The notes below the pieces were generated by a model. That model was not told where the DNA came from, searched no databases, and worked only from the letters and a program-made list of their open reading frames with translations. Of a stretch of 64,000 nt of DNA, positions 20,935 through 29,457 are shown one piece after another. The stretch's first letter is position 1; the number at the start of each line of letters is the position of its first letter. Made by a program: the position numbers and the translations under genes. This DNA is from an uncultured Clostridia bacterium (GTDB lineage Bacteria; Bacillota; Clostridia; TANB77; CAG-508): the NCBI GenBank assembly GCA_944388035.1, contig CALXHF010000006.1:15128-79127 (forward strand), given 5' to 3'.

Positions 20935-20981
20935 CAATAAAAAAGAAATAGCTATTAAAGTATTTAAATTTTGCTATTTCT
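20935..20981 (-). terminator. Rho-independent terminator after the lectin/NlpC-P60 gene
   Basis: Stem AGAAATAGC / GCTATTTCT, followed on the minus strand by a T-run. Confidence 0.5.
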
Positions 20982-20992
20982 TTTTCTATTTT

Positions 20993-23089
20993 TTATCTAG
21001 GAATTTCAGCTCTAGAAGTTTCAGCATCATATGGTGAACCAAATCCTATTAAATCATTATCAAGATTTCCTATAATTACACCAAGCTCTGGACTTGCAGC
21101 ATGTATCATAAGTCCGTCGTGATAATAAATTGATGCGTGCCTTGAACCATAAGTTTCGTGATTTTCAATATATGCTGGATCTCCCCAAAACATTAAATCA
21201 CCCGCTTTAATCTGTGAAAGATCTGTTTTTATTCCATTTTTATTTTTTATGTATGGATATTGCCAACTCATATCTTGGTCATCATCTCTACTACCTTCTT
21301 TAAACCTTATTCCTGTTGCATTTGTTACACACCAAGCAGTTAAGCCGTCGCAAACAAAACCTGTTGGAGCTTTAAGTAGTTCATAATCACACCCGACTCT
21401 TGATAGAGCAAGCAGTAATGTACGCTGTCTTTGGTCTCCTATAAGTTCTGGGATTGGTGCATCTTTTCCATGCCCCCCTGGCAAATCATCAAAAGTTGGT
21501 AAATGCCAAGAAGCTCTACCTTCACTATCAAAATCGTATAGTGAACCATATTGCGCTGGGTCTTGCATCATTGGATCTATTCTTGTTGTATTTTTTATAA
21601 GTTCTCCTGTTTGTGGGTCATAACAATACCAATTTCCATTATTATTTACCCATCCTACAATAAATGTTGTTTCTGTTATTTTCCATAATTGTGATTTACT
21701 GTTACTTCCTGTATTTTGAAGTATTTTTGCACCATTATCTGAACTTTCATTTTCTATATCTATATATTTTCCTGAGTTTACATTTTTAAATGAGATATAT
21801 CCTCCATCTTTAATTTCAGGTATCCATCTTTGACAAGAAGCTCCATTATCTTCCCACTGTCTTATGATCGCTCCGTCTTCCCTACTTCCTTCTTCTACAT
21901 CAAATGTTAAATTATGCATTGTATATATAACATATCCATCATCTTTTTTCTCTATTTTAAATTTCTGATTATTATTTTGAGTCCTATCATATATTATAAT
22001 ATTAGTTCCCCAATCAGAACCTGAATTTTCTAAATCAAGAACTTTACCAGATGAAGATGCTATTTCATACCATCCATTTTTTATTAATTGTACTTCATTT
22101 ACAATAAATCTTTGTGATTCTTGATTGCTATTCTTTTCCCATACTTGTATTTTTGTTCCATTCTCATTTCCGTTCCAATTAACATCTAAATAAAGTCCGC
22201 TTTCTTTATTTTTAAATGTTATTCCATTATTCCATTCTATAATCCATACATTATTATCACTAATTGGATCCAAACTATCTCCAAGTTGAACAACTTTTGA
22301 ACCGTTTACTGTTCCCATTTCCGTTAGCCAGCCACCTGACGAAGCTGTTCTTATTCTTACTTCATTTTCACTAACTTTATGAATTTCAAAACATTGTGAT
22401 AAACTTTGATTTTCTTCCCATAATTGTATTTGTGTCTTATCTTCAGAAGTATTATTATTTACATCAAAAACCATATTATGATTTGTTTCTTTTTTTATAG
22501 AAACTATTTTCTCTTCTAAAAGACTTGTTTTTTCTATATTAAATCTTTGTGAATAACTATTTGTATATGTATATTGTTGTATGCTTGTTCCTTCTTGCAT
22601 TATTCCGTTTTCTACATCTAATGCTAATCCAGAACACTCTGCTATAAAATTATAGGACCCATCTATATTTTTACGTATCTTCCATCTTTGTGCTGATGTA
22701 TCATTATTTCCATATTGTCTAATTTTTGCCCCTATTTCTTTAGAGCCATCTGGCACATCTAATACTTTTGCTGATTTTACGTTATATATTTTATAATATC
22801 CATTTCCTGCATACTCTATATAAAACTTCTGATTTTCTGTATTATTTTTTGTCCATAGTTGTAAATTTGCTCCATCTTCTAAAGAGCCATCTTTTATATC
22901 TAACACACAATTAGTATTTTGATAGGAACTTATATAATAAGCTCCATCTTCTATAACTCTAGACATATAAATTGATAATTTTCCATTTTCGTTATCTACT
23001 GCATATGATTTTAAGCAAAAACAAATTAATGCAAAAACAAAAATTAATAGTATTAAACTTATCTTACACAAAAACTTATTTTTATACAT
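20993..23089 (-). CDS. Secreted multi-ricin-type (beta-trefoil) lectin repeat protein with C-terminal NlpC/P60 (C40) peptidoglycan hydrolase domain
   Basis: Signal peptide. Repeated Q-x-W/F subrepeats (QRWKI, QRFNI, QCFEI, QRFIV, QKFKI, QRWIP, QLWKI). One cell-wall-binding-type repeat GWVNNNGNWYCYDPQTGE. C-terminal CDGLTAW...GDLMFWG...HASIYY. Confidence 0.8.
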   Translation of the reverse strand: MYKNKFLCKISLILLIFVFALICFCLKSYAVDNENGKLSIYMSRVIEDGAYYISSYQNTNCVLDIKDGSLEDGANLQLWTKNNTENQKFYIEYAGNGYYKIYNVKSAKVLDVPDGSKEIGAKIRQYGNNDTSAQRWKIRKNIDGSYNFIAECSGLALDVENGIMQEGTSIQQYTYTNSYSQRFNIEKTSLLEEKIVSIKKETNHNMVFDVNNNTSEDKTQIQLWEENQSLSQCFEIHKVSENEVRIRTASSGGWLTEMGTVNGSKVVQLGDSLDPISDNNVWIIEWNNGITFKNKESGLYLDVNWNGNENGTKIQVWEKNSNQESQRFIVNEVQLIKNGWYEIASSSGKVLDLENSGSDWGTNIIIYDRTQNNNQKFKIEKKDDGYVIYTMHNLTFDVEEGSREDGAIIRQWEDNGASCQRWIPEIKDGGYISFKNVNSGKYIDIENESSDNGAKILQNTGSNSKSQLWKITETTFIVGWVNNNGNWYCYDPQTGELIKNTTRIDPMMQDPAQYGSLYDFDSEGRASWHLPTFDDLPGGHGKDAPIPELIGDQRQRTLLLALSRVGCDYELLKAPTGFVCDGLTAWCVTNATGIRFKEGSRDDDQDMSWQYPYIKNKNGIKTDLSQIKAGDLMFWGDPAYIENHETYGSRHASIYYHDGLMIHAASPELGVIIGNLDNDLIGFGSPYDAETSRAEIPR

Positions 23090-23116
23090 CTCTATGTTTC
23101 CTCACTTTAATTCTTT

Positions 23117-25426
23117 TTATTTTTTAAAAAATCTACTATATTTATCGTATTTTTTATATTTAAGATATAAAATTATGCTTATAACTACTGCTGTTACTAT
23201 AAATATTGCTAATGTAATCTTCCCAGCAAAAGGTAAATCCATTATTGCAGATCCAAGATTTCCAGTCCAATTATTTTCTTCTCCATTAATTTGATCATTT
23301 TGGTTGTTCTCTCCTGGTTTTTCTTCTTCATTAAAACTTGTTACTGAAACTGATACTTCTGTTATGTTTCCTGCTAAATCTGTCACACTAATAACATCTT
23401 TTTGGTTTTCTGAATATGTTTTTGTTAATGTCTTTTTATCTTCTGATAATGTCCAACCTTCAACTTCTTGTAATTCCTCATTTGAAATAATACTTACAAT
23501 TACTTTACCATCTTTTTCTTCATACTCAACTTTTGCTTGTGGTTTTTCTTTATCTATATTTTCAACTTTTACTTCAATTTCTGTTTCATTTCCTGCTAAA
23601 TCTTGTACTTTTAATGTAGATACTTCATTTTCAAAATAATATTTACTAATTGTTTTTCCATCTGATGAAATTTCCCATCCATCTGGTTTTTGTAATTGCT
23701 CATTTGATTTTATTTCTACTTTTACTTTTTCATTAGTTAATTCTTGTGTATTATAAGATATTTCTAAAATTGGTTTTTCTTTGTCTATATTATTAATATT
23801 TATAATTGCTGTTGTCTTATTTCCATAAATATCTTCTAATTCTATATTTTCTTCTACATTTTGATTATATGTCTTAGTTAATGTCATTTTATCTTCTGAT
23901 AATGTCCATCCTTCTAATTCTTTCATCTCTCTATTTGATGTAATTGTAACTGTCACTTCTCCATTTGTTGGTTCTATTGTAGAATAACTAACCTCACATT
24001 CTGGAGAATCATTTATTATGTTATTTACAATTATTTCTACTGGTATTGCATTTGAAAGAGAATCATATATAGTTACTGTTTCTGTAGTGTTTTGGTAATA
24101 AGTTTTTGATAACACTTTTTTATCTTCAGATAAAGTCCATCCTTCTAATTCTTGTAATTCTCTATCCGAAATAATTGAAACAGTTACTTCTTTTGCTCCT
24201 AAATCACTATTACTATATTCAACATTTACATTTGCAACTGAACTATCAATATTTGTAATAGTTATTTGCTGGTTTATTTTTTCTCCACCTATGCTAGTTA
24301 TTGTAACAATTCCATCTGTATTTGCAAAAAATTCTCTTTGCATATATTTTTTATCTTCAGATAAAGTCCATCCATTTATTGGTTTCATTTCTTTATTTGC
24401 TGAAATAGTTACAACAACACCTTCTTTTGTTGTTTCTGTTGTGCTGTATTCTATAGATACACTGAATTTTTCATATTGACCATTAGTTAATATTGGTTCG
24501 ACAAAAGTTGTTTTTTGTTCTTCATATGGTTTTATATTTGCAACAAGCATTTCTGAAAAAGTTGTATCTCCTATTGTACTATCATTTCCTACTAAGAAAT
24601 AATTATTAGTATCTTCTGCGTTGTCTAAATCTGGATCAGCACCAAACCATTTTTCATCTAGATTTACTCCTGCCCATTGATGCATCTTAGTTTCATCACC
24701 ATTTATCAAGTCTCCTCTGATGATAGCAGAATTTATTCCTTTTGCTCTACACAATAATACAAATAGATTTGATTCTCCTTCATCGCTTGCTTTGTTATTC
24801 ATTAAAGCTCCATATGCTGTTTGTTGTATTTCAGAACCATCTAAGTCTGTATTTGAAACATTTGTTATTACATAATTATATATATTTTGTAATATTTCAT
24901 AATTATCTTCTCCTGTTATTGAATCTGACACTTCTTGTAATTTTGTCTGAAAAGCTTCCTTTTCCGCACTCTCAGGTAATATATATAATTCCATATCAAC
25001 ACCTGTTATTTCTACTGTATCACTTCCCATATTATAGCTTACTTCAGGAGTAATTGTTCCATCTATACAATTATATCTTATCCAATAATATTCTGGATGG
25101 TCTAATATAAAAGCAGAAAAAGCATCATATATTTCTCCTCTTATACTATTTTCATATAATTCATATAATTTATCTTCTTGATTTTCTGAATTTATACCTT
25201 CTACTTCATATGATAAATCTACATTTACCCTAAATTTTCCAGTTGCTTCTGTATCATTTAAAATACCTTCATAAACACTTTTAGATAAATCAGATGTTAG
25301 TTGATTATAATAAAATTCACTGCCTTCTACATTATCAACAGCTTCAACAATACTCGGAAATATCGATATTAGTGTTGTGGTAATAAAAATAACAATACAT
25401 ATAGAACTTAAAAATTTTCTTTTCAC
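23117..25426 (-). CDS. Surface protein: transglutaminase-like core, about 5-6 tandem Ig-like repeats, and a C-terminal LPFAG/TM/basic tail
   Basis: GTG 25426 follows AGGAGG. Signal peptide. LLCRAKGINSAIIRGD..HQWAGV..DPD. Repeats carry GWTLSEDKK..L.KTY...V.D..GN...NID. C-terminal sequence is DLPFAGKITLAIFIVTAVVISIILYLKYKKYDKY. Confidence 0.75.
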   Translation of the reverse strand: MKRKFLSSICIVIFITTTLISIFPSIVEAVDNVEGSEFYYNQLTSDLSKSVYEGILNDTEATGKFRVNVDLSYEVEGINSENQEDKLYELYENSIRGEIYDAFSAFILDHPEYYWIRYNCIDGTITPEVSYNMGSDTVEITGVDMELYILPESAEKEAFQTKLQEVSDSITGEDNYEILQNIYNYVITNVSNTDLDGSEIQQTAYGALMNNKASDEGESNLFVLLCRAKGINSAIIRGDLINGDETKMHQWAGVNLDEKWFGADPDLDNAEDTNNYFLVGNDSTIGDTTFSEMLVANIKPYEEQKTTFVEPILTNGQYEKFSVSIEYSTTETTKEGVVVTISANKEMKPINGWTLSEDKKYMQREFFANTDGIVTITSIGGEKINQQITITNIDSSVANVNVEYSNSDLGAKEVTVSIISDRELQELEGWTLSEDKKVLSKTYYQNTTETVTIYDSLSNAIPVEIIVNNIINDSPECEVSYSTIEPTNGEVTVTITSNREMKELEGWTLSEDKMTLTKTYNQNVEENIELEDIYGNKTTAIININNIDKEKPILEISYNTQELTNEKVKVEIKSNEQLQKPDGWEISSDGKTISKYYFENEVSTLKVQDLAGNETEIEVKVENIDKEKPQAKVEYEEKDGKVIVSIISNEELQEVEGWTLSEDKKTLTKTYSENQKDVISVTDLAGNITEVSVSVTSFNEEEKPGENNQNDQINGEENNWTGNLGSAIMDLPFAGKITLAIFIVTAVVISIILYLKYKKYDKYSRFFKK

Positions 25427-25459
25427 TTTATTTCTTCCTCCTTTTTATCCTCTCCTTTA

Positions 25460-25488
25460 ATGATATAATATTTTTCTTCTATTTTCAA
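25460..25488 (-). promoter_or_regulatory. Putative sigma-A promoter of the surface-protein operon
   Basis: Minus strand reads TTGAAA (25488-25483), 17 nt, TATCAT (25465-25460). Confidence 0.45.
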
Positions 25489-25502
25489 TCTTTAAAGACA
25501 TT

Positions 25503-25563
25503 TGTAACTCATTTGTAATTTGTTTGTATTTTATTTGTAATATATTTGTAATATAATTGTAAC
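25503..25563. promoter_or_regulatory. Six tandem 11-bp-phased TGTWAH-type hexamers (WalR/OmpR-family-like operator array)
   Basis: TGTAAC 25503, TGTAAT 25514, TGTATT 25525, TGTAAT 25536, TGTAAT 25547, TGTAAC 25558. Spacing is exactly 11 bp throughout. Lies immediately upstream of the -35 above. Confidence 0.6.
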
Positions 25564-25592
25564 ATTTTATAATGTCTTTTTATCTTCCTTCA

Positions 25593-26741
25593 CTACAAAT
25601 ATATAATTGGACGAAATGAGCTATATAAATCAGATAAAGCTATAGTTCCTGCATAACGACTATCTGCTAGAAAACTTTTATCATTTACTCCTCCTCCTCT
25701 AAGAGTACAACAATATTCTTGATTTTTAGAAGTTTCAGTAAACCACTCCCAGCAATTACTTGCTATATCATAAATATTACATTTTACATCATTTGTTGTT
25801 CCTTTGCTTGCAATACTTCCTGTGTTTAAACTAGCTTGCTGTGAATATCTTGTATCTCCTGAACATTTTTGAATAAATACTAAAATTGTATCCCAAGCAT
25901 AACTATTTACTAAATCACTTGTAAAATCTTCTGTTTCTCCATACATATTTCTAGACAAAGTTGCCGCTTGATTTTGCGTCACATAATTATAAACAAATTT
26001 ATCTGCCTTTGTTACTACTTGATTATTATCATTTGTTGAATTATTTCTTGTACTTTCAGCTACTCCATCTCTTGCTTCATATCTTCCTAAATAAAAACCT
26101 TTTGCCTCTCCATCTGCTACTTTTTTCTTAAATATTTCTATATTTCTTGCTGTTATGTTTTTATATATATTGCTAGAAATCTCTTCATAAATATCGCCAT
26201 TATTTTTCTTAATTTCCTTTTCTCCCATAGATGTTTCATTTCCTGTAATTTCTGCAAATGTATATCTATCTAAATTTATTGTTACATCTCCTTTACTTGT
26301 CTTTATAGTTCCTACTGGTATCCATACAAATTGGCTTCCTTTTGTTATATCATCTTTTGCTGATACATCTTCTATTATTATTCCTTCTTCTACATTATCA
26401 TTTGTATTTACTACTTTAAAACCTTTTGGAACTTCTATTTTATTTCCTAAACTATCATTTACTACTATATTATTTTCTTGGTTTCCGTCTGCTTTTGGTA
26501 ATGTATTTAGTTCTTCTAAAGTTTCATCATATATTTGTTTCATTTCATCATCTGATACATTATACTCTTCATATATTTTTCTTATTTCATCTTCTTGTGA
26601 GCTTAATTTGTTCATCATTGAAAAGTATGCTACAAATATTACACCTAAAACAACTAACATTGTTGATAATACAAATATTGTTAATGAACCTTTTTCTTTC
26701 TTTAATATTCTCTTCCCCCCTTTTTCTACTCTTCCTTTCAT
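25593..26741 (-). CDS. FGE-sulfatase (SUMF1/formylglycine-generating-enzyme-like) domain protein with a pilin-like/TM N-terminus
   Basis: C-terminal IYDIASNCWEWFTE...TLRGGG...SSFRPIIYL matches the FGE-sulfatase core. N-terminal KKEKG|SLTIFVLSTMLVVLGVIFV resembles a class III signal peptide. Confidence 0.7.
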   Translation of the reverse strand: MKGRVEKGGKRILKKEKGSLTIFVLSTMLVVLGVIFVAYFSMMNKLSSQEDEIRKIYEEYNVSDDEMKQIYDETLEELNTLPKADGNQENNIVVNDSLGNKIEVPKGFKVVNTNDNVEEGIIIEDVSAKDDITKGSQFVWIPVGTIKTSKGDVTINLDRYTFAEITGNETSMGEKEIKKNNGDIYEEISSNIYKNITARNIEIFKKKVADGEAKGFYLGRYEARDGVAESTRNNSTNDNNQVVTKADKFVYNYVTQNQAATLSRNMYGETEDFTSDLVNSYAWDTILVFIQKCSGDTRYSQQASLNTGSIASKGTTNDVKCNIYDIASNCWEWFTETSKNQEYCCTLRGGGVNDKSFLADSRYAGTIALSDLYSSFRPIIYL

Positions 26742-26853
26742 TTTAATATTAAATATTTATATAAATTTATACTTAATCTCATTTTATTTTTCTATGTGAT
26801 TATTATAAGTTATTAGCAATTATTTTGTAAGCATTTTTAGGTACATATTAAAT

Positions 26854-26892
26854 TGTTTTTTAATTGTAAAATATTTGTAACAAAATTGTTAA
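26854..26892 (+). promoter_or_regulatory. Four 11-bp-phased TGTWAH-like hexamers abutting the RHH-gene RBS
   Basis: TGTTTT 26854, TGTAAA 26865, TGTAAC 26876, TGTTAA 26887. The RHH ATG is at 26911. Confidence 0.5.
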
Positions 26893-26910
26893 TCAAAAAA
26901 AGGAGTTATT

Positions 26911-27129
26911 ATGAAAAAATTAAAAATACCAAAAAATCATAGTGGAGTAAGTAAAACTCTAAGATTACCTGAAAATTTAGTAGAAGATATTCAAATCTTA
27001 TCTGATATGAAAAATATTTCATTTAACAAAACAGTTACAGAACTTTTAGAATTTTCTTTAAAAAATTTAGACGAAGAAGATAAAAAACTAATTGAAGAAA
27101 AACGTAAGAATTTTTCAGAAATATTTTAA
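26911..27129 (+). CDS. Small ribbon-helix-helix (Arc/CopG-like) DNA-binding protein
   Basis: 72 aa. N-terminal KTLRLPENLVEDIQILSD fits a beta-strand/helix RHH pattern. RBS AAGGAG. Confidence 0.55.
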   Translation: MKKLKIPKNHSGVSKTLRLPENLVEDIQILSDMKNISFNKTVTELLEFSLKNLDEEDKKLIEEKRKNFSEIF

Positions 27130-27210
27130 TGATAATTGAAAATAAAAATAAGGTGTTTTGTTAATAAAAACGCCTTATTTTTGTTTAATTTACATATATG
27201 TATATATCTT

Positions 27211-28117
27211 TTATAAAACCGCTCCAATTATTCCAGCTTCATTTCCAAGTACTGCTGTTTGTATATTTAATTCTTTTCTTTTATTAAATAACATATTTTT
27301 GGAAATAATTTCTTTTTTTAAATCATCTAATAAAACATCTTCAAAATATACAAAACTTCCACCTATTCCAATTACTTCTGGTTCAAATATATTTATTAAA
27401 TTTGCTAATCCAATAGCTAAATATTCTATATATTCTTGTTTTATTTTATTTATTATTTTATAATTTTCATCTTCTTTTTTTATATTTTTAATTAAAGCAA
27501 GTAATTCTTTTCCAGAAAAATTTTCATCATAACCTAATGCTTTTCTTAAGTTATTCTTAAAAGCTTTCATAGAAGCATATTTTTCAAAACAACCTTTTCT
27601 TCCACAATTACACTCTAAGCCATCTTTTTCTACTACCATATGTCCTATTTCACAACCTGGTAAATCTCCTGTATCTAATAACTTGTTATTAATAATAACA
27701 GCTCCGTCCTATTCCTGTTCCTAGTGTTAAAAATAAAATTCTATTATAAGCTTTTAAAGCACCATATTTACTTTCTGCAATTGCTGCTGATTTTGCGTCA
27801 TTTTTTATTTTTATTGGTAAATCTATTTTTTTATTTAAAACATCTACTATTTTATAATCTTTAAGTCCTAAATTTACAGATTTAATTACTTCTGTTTTAT
27901 TGACAGTTCCCGGTATTGCTATTCCTATTTCGTCTATTTCATAATCTTTTCTATATTTTTCTACAGTCTCAAAAATAGTTTCTTCTATTACTTTTTTAAC
28001 TTCTGTTGTTATTATTCCTTTTAATCTCTTTTCCGTTTTTTCAAGGATTTTACCATTTTTATCAATTACTCCAATTGCTATATGGCTTCCACCTAAATCT
28101 ATTCCTATTTTTTCCAT
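27211..28117 (-). CDS. ROK-family sugar kinase (glucokinase-like); needs a +1 frame change at in-frame CGG (plus 27704-27706)
   Basis: ORFs 27689..28141 (MEKIGIDLGGSHIA...LTLGTGIG) and 27211..27639 (...CNCGRKGCFEKYAS) join as GTGIG|GAVIINNKLLDTGDLPGCEIGHMVVEKDGLECNCGRKGCFE, which is the ROK signature. ATG 28117 follows AGAGG. Confidence 0.85.
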
Positions 28118-28151
28118 AACTACCTCTTTTCTAAATAACATTTATTAAAGT

Positions 28152-28328
28152 TTATTTATTTAAATATTTTGCAATTTTTATCTTATATTCTTCTAAACTC
28201 TTCTTTTTTTCTTCTATTTGTTTTTTATATAATTTTTTTAAATCTTCTACTTCTTCTTTACTTAAATCTTTTTCTTTTATTTTACCACTTTCATATCTTT
28301 TTTGTAATTCTAATAAAACTTCTTCCAT
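28152..28328 (-). CDS. 58-aa charged coiled-coil protein (hypothetical)
   Basis: MEEVLLELQKRYESGKIKEKDLSKEEVEDLKKLYKKQIEEKKKSLEEYKIKIAKYLNK. The ATG lies 3 nt after the upstream stop. Below the ORF-track cutoff. Confidence 0.35.
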   Translation of the reverse strand: MEEVLLELQKRYESGKIKEKDLSKEEVEDLKKLYKKQIEEKKKSLEEYKIKIAKYLNK

Positions 28329-28331
28329 TAA

Positions 28332-29348
28332 TTATCTTTCTTCTCCTTCTTCTTTTTCTCCTCTTTCTGTTTCTATCTCTTCTAGTAATTTTCTTGCTTC
28401 ATCTTCTTTTCCAGATAATCTTTCGTATTCTTGTCTTAATGCCTCTAATTCTGAAATTTTAGGTCCTAAGCCTAATTCTACTCTTATACTATTTAAAATC
28501 TCTCTAATTTTATCTCTTGTTTCAATAACACCAACATTTCTATTTGCTTTTTCTTCCATTTCTTCATCTGTAAGCATTATATCATCATCGTCATCTCTAT
28601 ATAATAATCTATCAATTTCATCAAAATCAATACTTTCTTCTGTAAATCTTTTTCTCCACTCTGCACATAAAATTCTTGCTTCTTTTATTTTAGCTCTTAA
28701 TCTTTTCCTTAATTCTTTATCTTGTAATTTACTTACTTTTGCACTTAAAATCTTTATTTCTTTTTCTGCCTCTATTAATTCTTCTCCTTCTAATGGATAA
28801 TATGATAATTTTTTTGTTGCTTCTTTTTCTGATATAAAAGATGCAATATTACCTTTTACTCTTTGTAGTAAAGCATTATTACTTCTTAATCCAACTGGGC
28901 TATATTCTACTAATTGTAAAGTTTTTGCTTGATTATTTTTATCTAATAACACATCTATTCCATTTGTCCAAGTAGTCTCTCCTAAAAAACATAAATCACT
29001 TAAAACTAAATTTTCATATCCTGATATACTTTCTTCTCTTTTTATTCTTTCCATTAATTCACTATATGATATAAATTCTACGTCATCATATCTTGTTAAA
29101 CTTTCTTTACTTATTTTTCCTTCACTTATCATTCTTTCTACTTTCTGTTGTATTTTTCCTTTTTTTAATTTACTCCCACTTTCCAAGCAAAGTGTTTTTC
29201 CTATTGTTTCATTAAAAAACTTAACAGCTATATCTTCTATTCTTGTAAAATCCGGATGTACTACTGTAGCAATATTAGTTGTTTTTAACATATTTTTTAC
29301 TTTTTCATATGCTTCTTTATTATATATATCAACAATATCTAATTCCAT
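28332..29348 (-). CDS. Hypothetical protein, last large gene of the pilus transcription unit
   Basis: 338-aa ORF with a C-terminal coiled coil and an acidic tail. No motif recognised. Confidence 0.5.
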   Translation of the reverse strand: MELDIVDIYNKEAYEKVKNMLKTTNIATVVHPDFTRIEDIAVKFFNETIGKTLCLESGSKLKKGKIQQKVERMISEGKISKESLTRYDDVEFISYSELMERIKREESISGYENLVLSDLCFLGETTWTNGIDVLLDKNNQAKTLQLVEYSPVGLRSNNALLQRVKGNIASFISEKEATKKLSYYPLEGEELIEAEKEIKILSAKVSKLQDKELRKRLRAKIKEARILCAEWRKRFTEESIDFDEIDRLLYRDDDDDIMLTDEEMEEKANRNVGVIETRDKIREILNSIRVELGLGPKISELEALRQEYERLSGKEDEARKLLEEIETERGEKEEGEER

Positions 29349-29457
29349 TTTTCTCTCCTTAAAACTTTTTTACTATATATACTTTATCATTTTTTTTATT
29401 AGAAAACAATAAAAGCTAAAGATATTTCTCTAGCTTTTGTTTTATTTATAATAATTC

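Noticed and set aside
23300-24500. Tandem DNA repeats of about 195 bp, considered as a satellite or CRISPR-like array
   Set aside because: They are in frame within one long ORF and encode repeated Ig-like protein domains. There are no unique spacers and no cas genes.
25503-25563. The 11-bp repeat array, considered as a CRISPR or minisatellite
   Set aside because: The unit is far too short and has no spacers. Only a 6-nt core is conserved at helical phasing, which is the pattern of a protein-binding operator array.
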